A stretch of DNA of 64,000 nt from Azolla caroliniana (Eukaryota > Plantae > Polypodiophyta): NCBI GenBank assembly GCA_043228905.1, contig JBHGNT010000011.1, forward strand, positions 4,092,001 through 4,156,000. The letters are read 5' to 3'. The notes under the pieces were generated by a model, which searched no databases, was not told where the DNA came from, and saw only the letters and a list, made by a program, of their open reading frames with translations. This document shows positions 62,201 to 64,000 of this stretch, in pieces. The translations under genes and the position numbers were made by a program. Numbering within the stretch: the stretch's first letter is position 1; each line of letters starts with the position of its first letter.

Positions 62201-63318
62201 ACGGACTGAAGCAGGCTCCCCGGCAATGGTACCGGAAGTTCGACTCTTTCATGACCGACGAAGGGTACCACAAAACGCAGTCCGATCACTGCGTGTTTGT
62301 GAAGAAGTTCGAAGGAGGAGACTTTCTAATACTCCTCCTGTACGTGGACGGCATGTTGATCTTCGGACGGGACCAGGTCAAGATACGGATGCTGAAGAAA
62401 GCGCTTCACCGAACCTTCTCAATGAAGGACCTAGGTCCGGCGAGGCAAATACTAGGGATGCACATCATCCCGGACCGGAAGAAGAAGCAGTTGTGGCTGT
62501 CACAGGAGAAGTACGTGACAAAGGTGCTTCACCGGTTCAACATGTCGGAAGCAAGACCGGTCGGGTCAACCCTCCCGGCAAACTGCAAGTTGTCCAGCAA
62601 GCAAAGCCCCAAGACAAAGGCTGAGAAGGAGGACATGATGAAAGTACCATATGCCTCTGCCGTCGGAAGCTTGATGTACGCAATGGTGTGTACAAGACCG
62701 GACATAGGATATGCAATCGGAGTGGTGAGCCGGTACATGAGCAATCCCGGCAAAGAGCACTGGAACGCGACCAAGTGGATACTCCGATACCTGAAGGGCA
62801 CGGCAAACGTGTGCCTCCGATTCGGCTCCGGTAAGCCCGAACTCGACGGCTTTACCGATTCGGATATGTCGGCTGATGCAGATACCAGCCGGTCCACATC
62901 AGGGTATGTGATGACGTATGCAGGGGGAGCTGTTTCGTGGCAGTCGAGGCTACAGAAGACGGTTGCGTTGTCAACCACGGAGGCGGAGTACATGGCGGCT
63001 GTTGAAGCCGGCAAGGAAATAATATGGATGAAGGACTTCATTAGAGAGCTCGGTATCCGGCAGGAGGAGTACCGACTCTACTACGACAGTCAGAGTGCCA
63101 TCCACCTTGCGAAGAACGCGGCCTATCACTCTCAGACAAAGCACATCCAGCGAAGATATCACTGGATCCGGGAAAGGATAGAAGACCAGGAGTTCGTGCT
63201 GACGAAGATCCACACGGACGAGAACGGGTCAGATATGCTGACCAAAGTGCTAACACCCGACAAGCTGGAAGCGTGCCGGAAGAGGGTCGGACTGGAAAGA
63301 CATCCCATGCCGAAGTGA
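59245..63318 (+). pseudogene. gag-pol: Copia H gag-pol, single frame with one in-frame TGA (60004-60006) and an RT active-site change YVDD>YVDG
   Basis: ORFs 59236-60006 and 60142-63318 are in frame and all domains are present. Confidence 0.93.
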
Positions 63319-64000
63319 AGAGGGAGTTTGTTGGGATTACGGTCCCTCCGGATGGGATGGTCGGATGTCCGGGATCCGGATGATGAAGACCCCGTTCCGG
63401 ATGATGAAGACCCGGTTCCGGATCCGGATGATGAAGACCCCGGCTACGGAGCCGGATGACGAATGTACCCGGAGAGAGATCCGGATGCGGGGACATATTT
63501 GTGAATATGTTTGCCAAGGGCCCTTGAGGCTATATTTGTAAATAGCCCGAAAGTCATATGTGTATAAATATGACTTAGGGCAAACAGTTTTGTAGTTGTT
63601 GCTCATTTTTGTTTTCCACTCAGAGGGAGTGAAGTGAGAGTAGCAGAGAGAGAGAGAGAGAGAGAAAGGAAGAGGTCGATGCCTCTGTGTAATACCGCCG
63701 CCTGTGGCGAGGACAGCGAGCTCAAGGTCGTCGCCTTGCAGCTCGCCATTGTACATACCCTGCGTATAGTGATAGTTGGAGTCTTGCACTCCCGTGGTTT
63801 TTTCCCGTCTAGGGTTTTCCACGTTAAACCCTGTGCATTCGAGTCTCTCTCTGTGTTTTCGATTTTCTGCTGCATTGATTCGTGTTTCCTCGGTTGTGGC
63901 CGAGAGGTGAAGAAGGTTTTGAAAGCGTCAATTCCTAACAAGGGAAGTTGAAGCCAACACTGAAACAAAGGAGCCGACAGGTCGAGGGGCACTAATGTCG

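Larger units (their letters stand above)
58598..63940 (+). mobile_element. Copia H (Tnt1/Tork-like), full-length and youngest-looking
   Basis: LTRs at 58598-59213 and 63329-63940 are nearly identical. TSD aggga at 58593-58597 and 63941-63945. PBS at 59217-59228. PPT at 63317-63328. Confidence 0.97.
57049..64000 (+). mobile_element. Copia A2 remnant (RT-RH + 3' extension); host parts 57049-58597 and 63941-64000
   Basis: MDVKN.FLQGDL, LYVDD and KHIEVHYHFV motifs; same family as A1. Confidence 0.85.

Overview
The whole window is transposon-derived heterochromatin from a land plant. A seed-free lineage such as a fern or lycophyte is plausible but not provable from the sequence. No host gene is visible. 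It contains the 5' half of a non-L1-looking LINE (1-~2410) and a stack of nested LTR retrotransposons that can be reconstructed from LTR pairs and 5-bp TSDs. Copia A1 hosts Copia B (which hosts Gypsy-1) and Copia F (which hosts Copia E). Copia A2 hosts Copia H and Copia D. D hosts Copia C, which hosts Gypsy-2, Gypsy-3 and Copia G. The most unusual signal is in the Athila-like Gypsy family. Both complete copies lack a polypurine tract. In its place, 2 nt before the 3' LTR, they carry a conserved sense copy of a tRNA 3' end (T-arm GTGGG-TTCGA..TCCCAC plus GGGCGTG-CCA, with a 13-nt hairpin inserted in the T-loop). This amounts to a second, inverted primer-binding site, suggesting tRNA- or tRNA-mimic-primed plus-strand synthesis. 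The same family has a ~930-970 aa extra ORF, three Gag zinc knuckles and covarying LTR hairpins. Other oddities are a 107-bp target duplication around one-ended Gypsy-2, an apparent capsid swap between Copia G and H, a double-PPT 3' extension in Copia A/C, and strong CCGG enrichment. All alignments and counts were done by eye, and tRNA identities are from memory.
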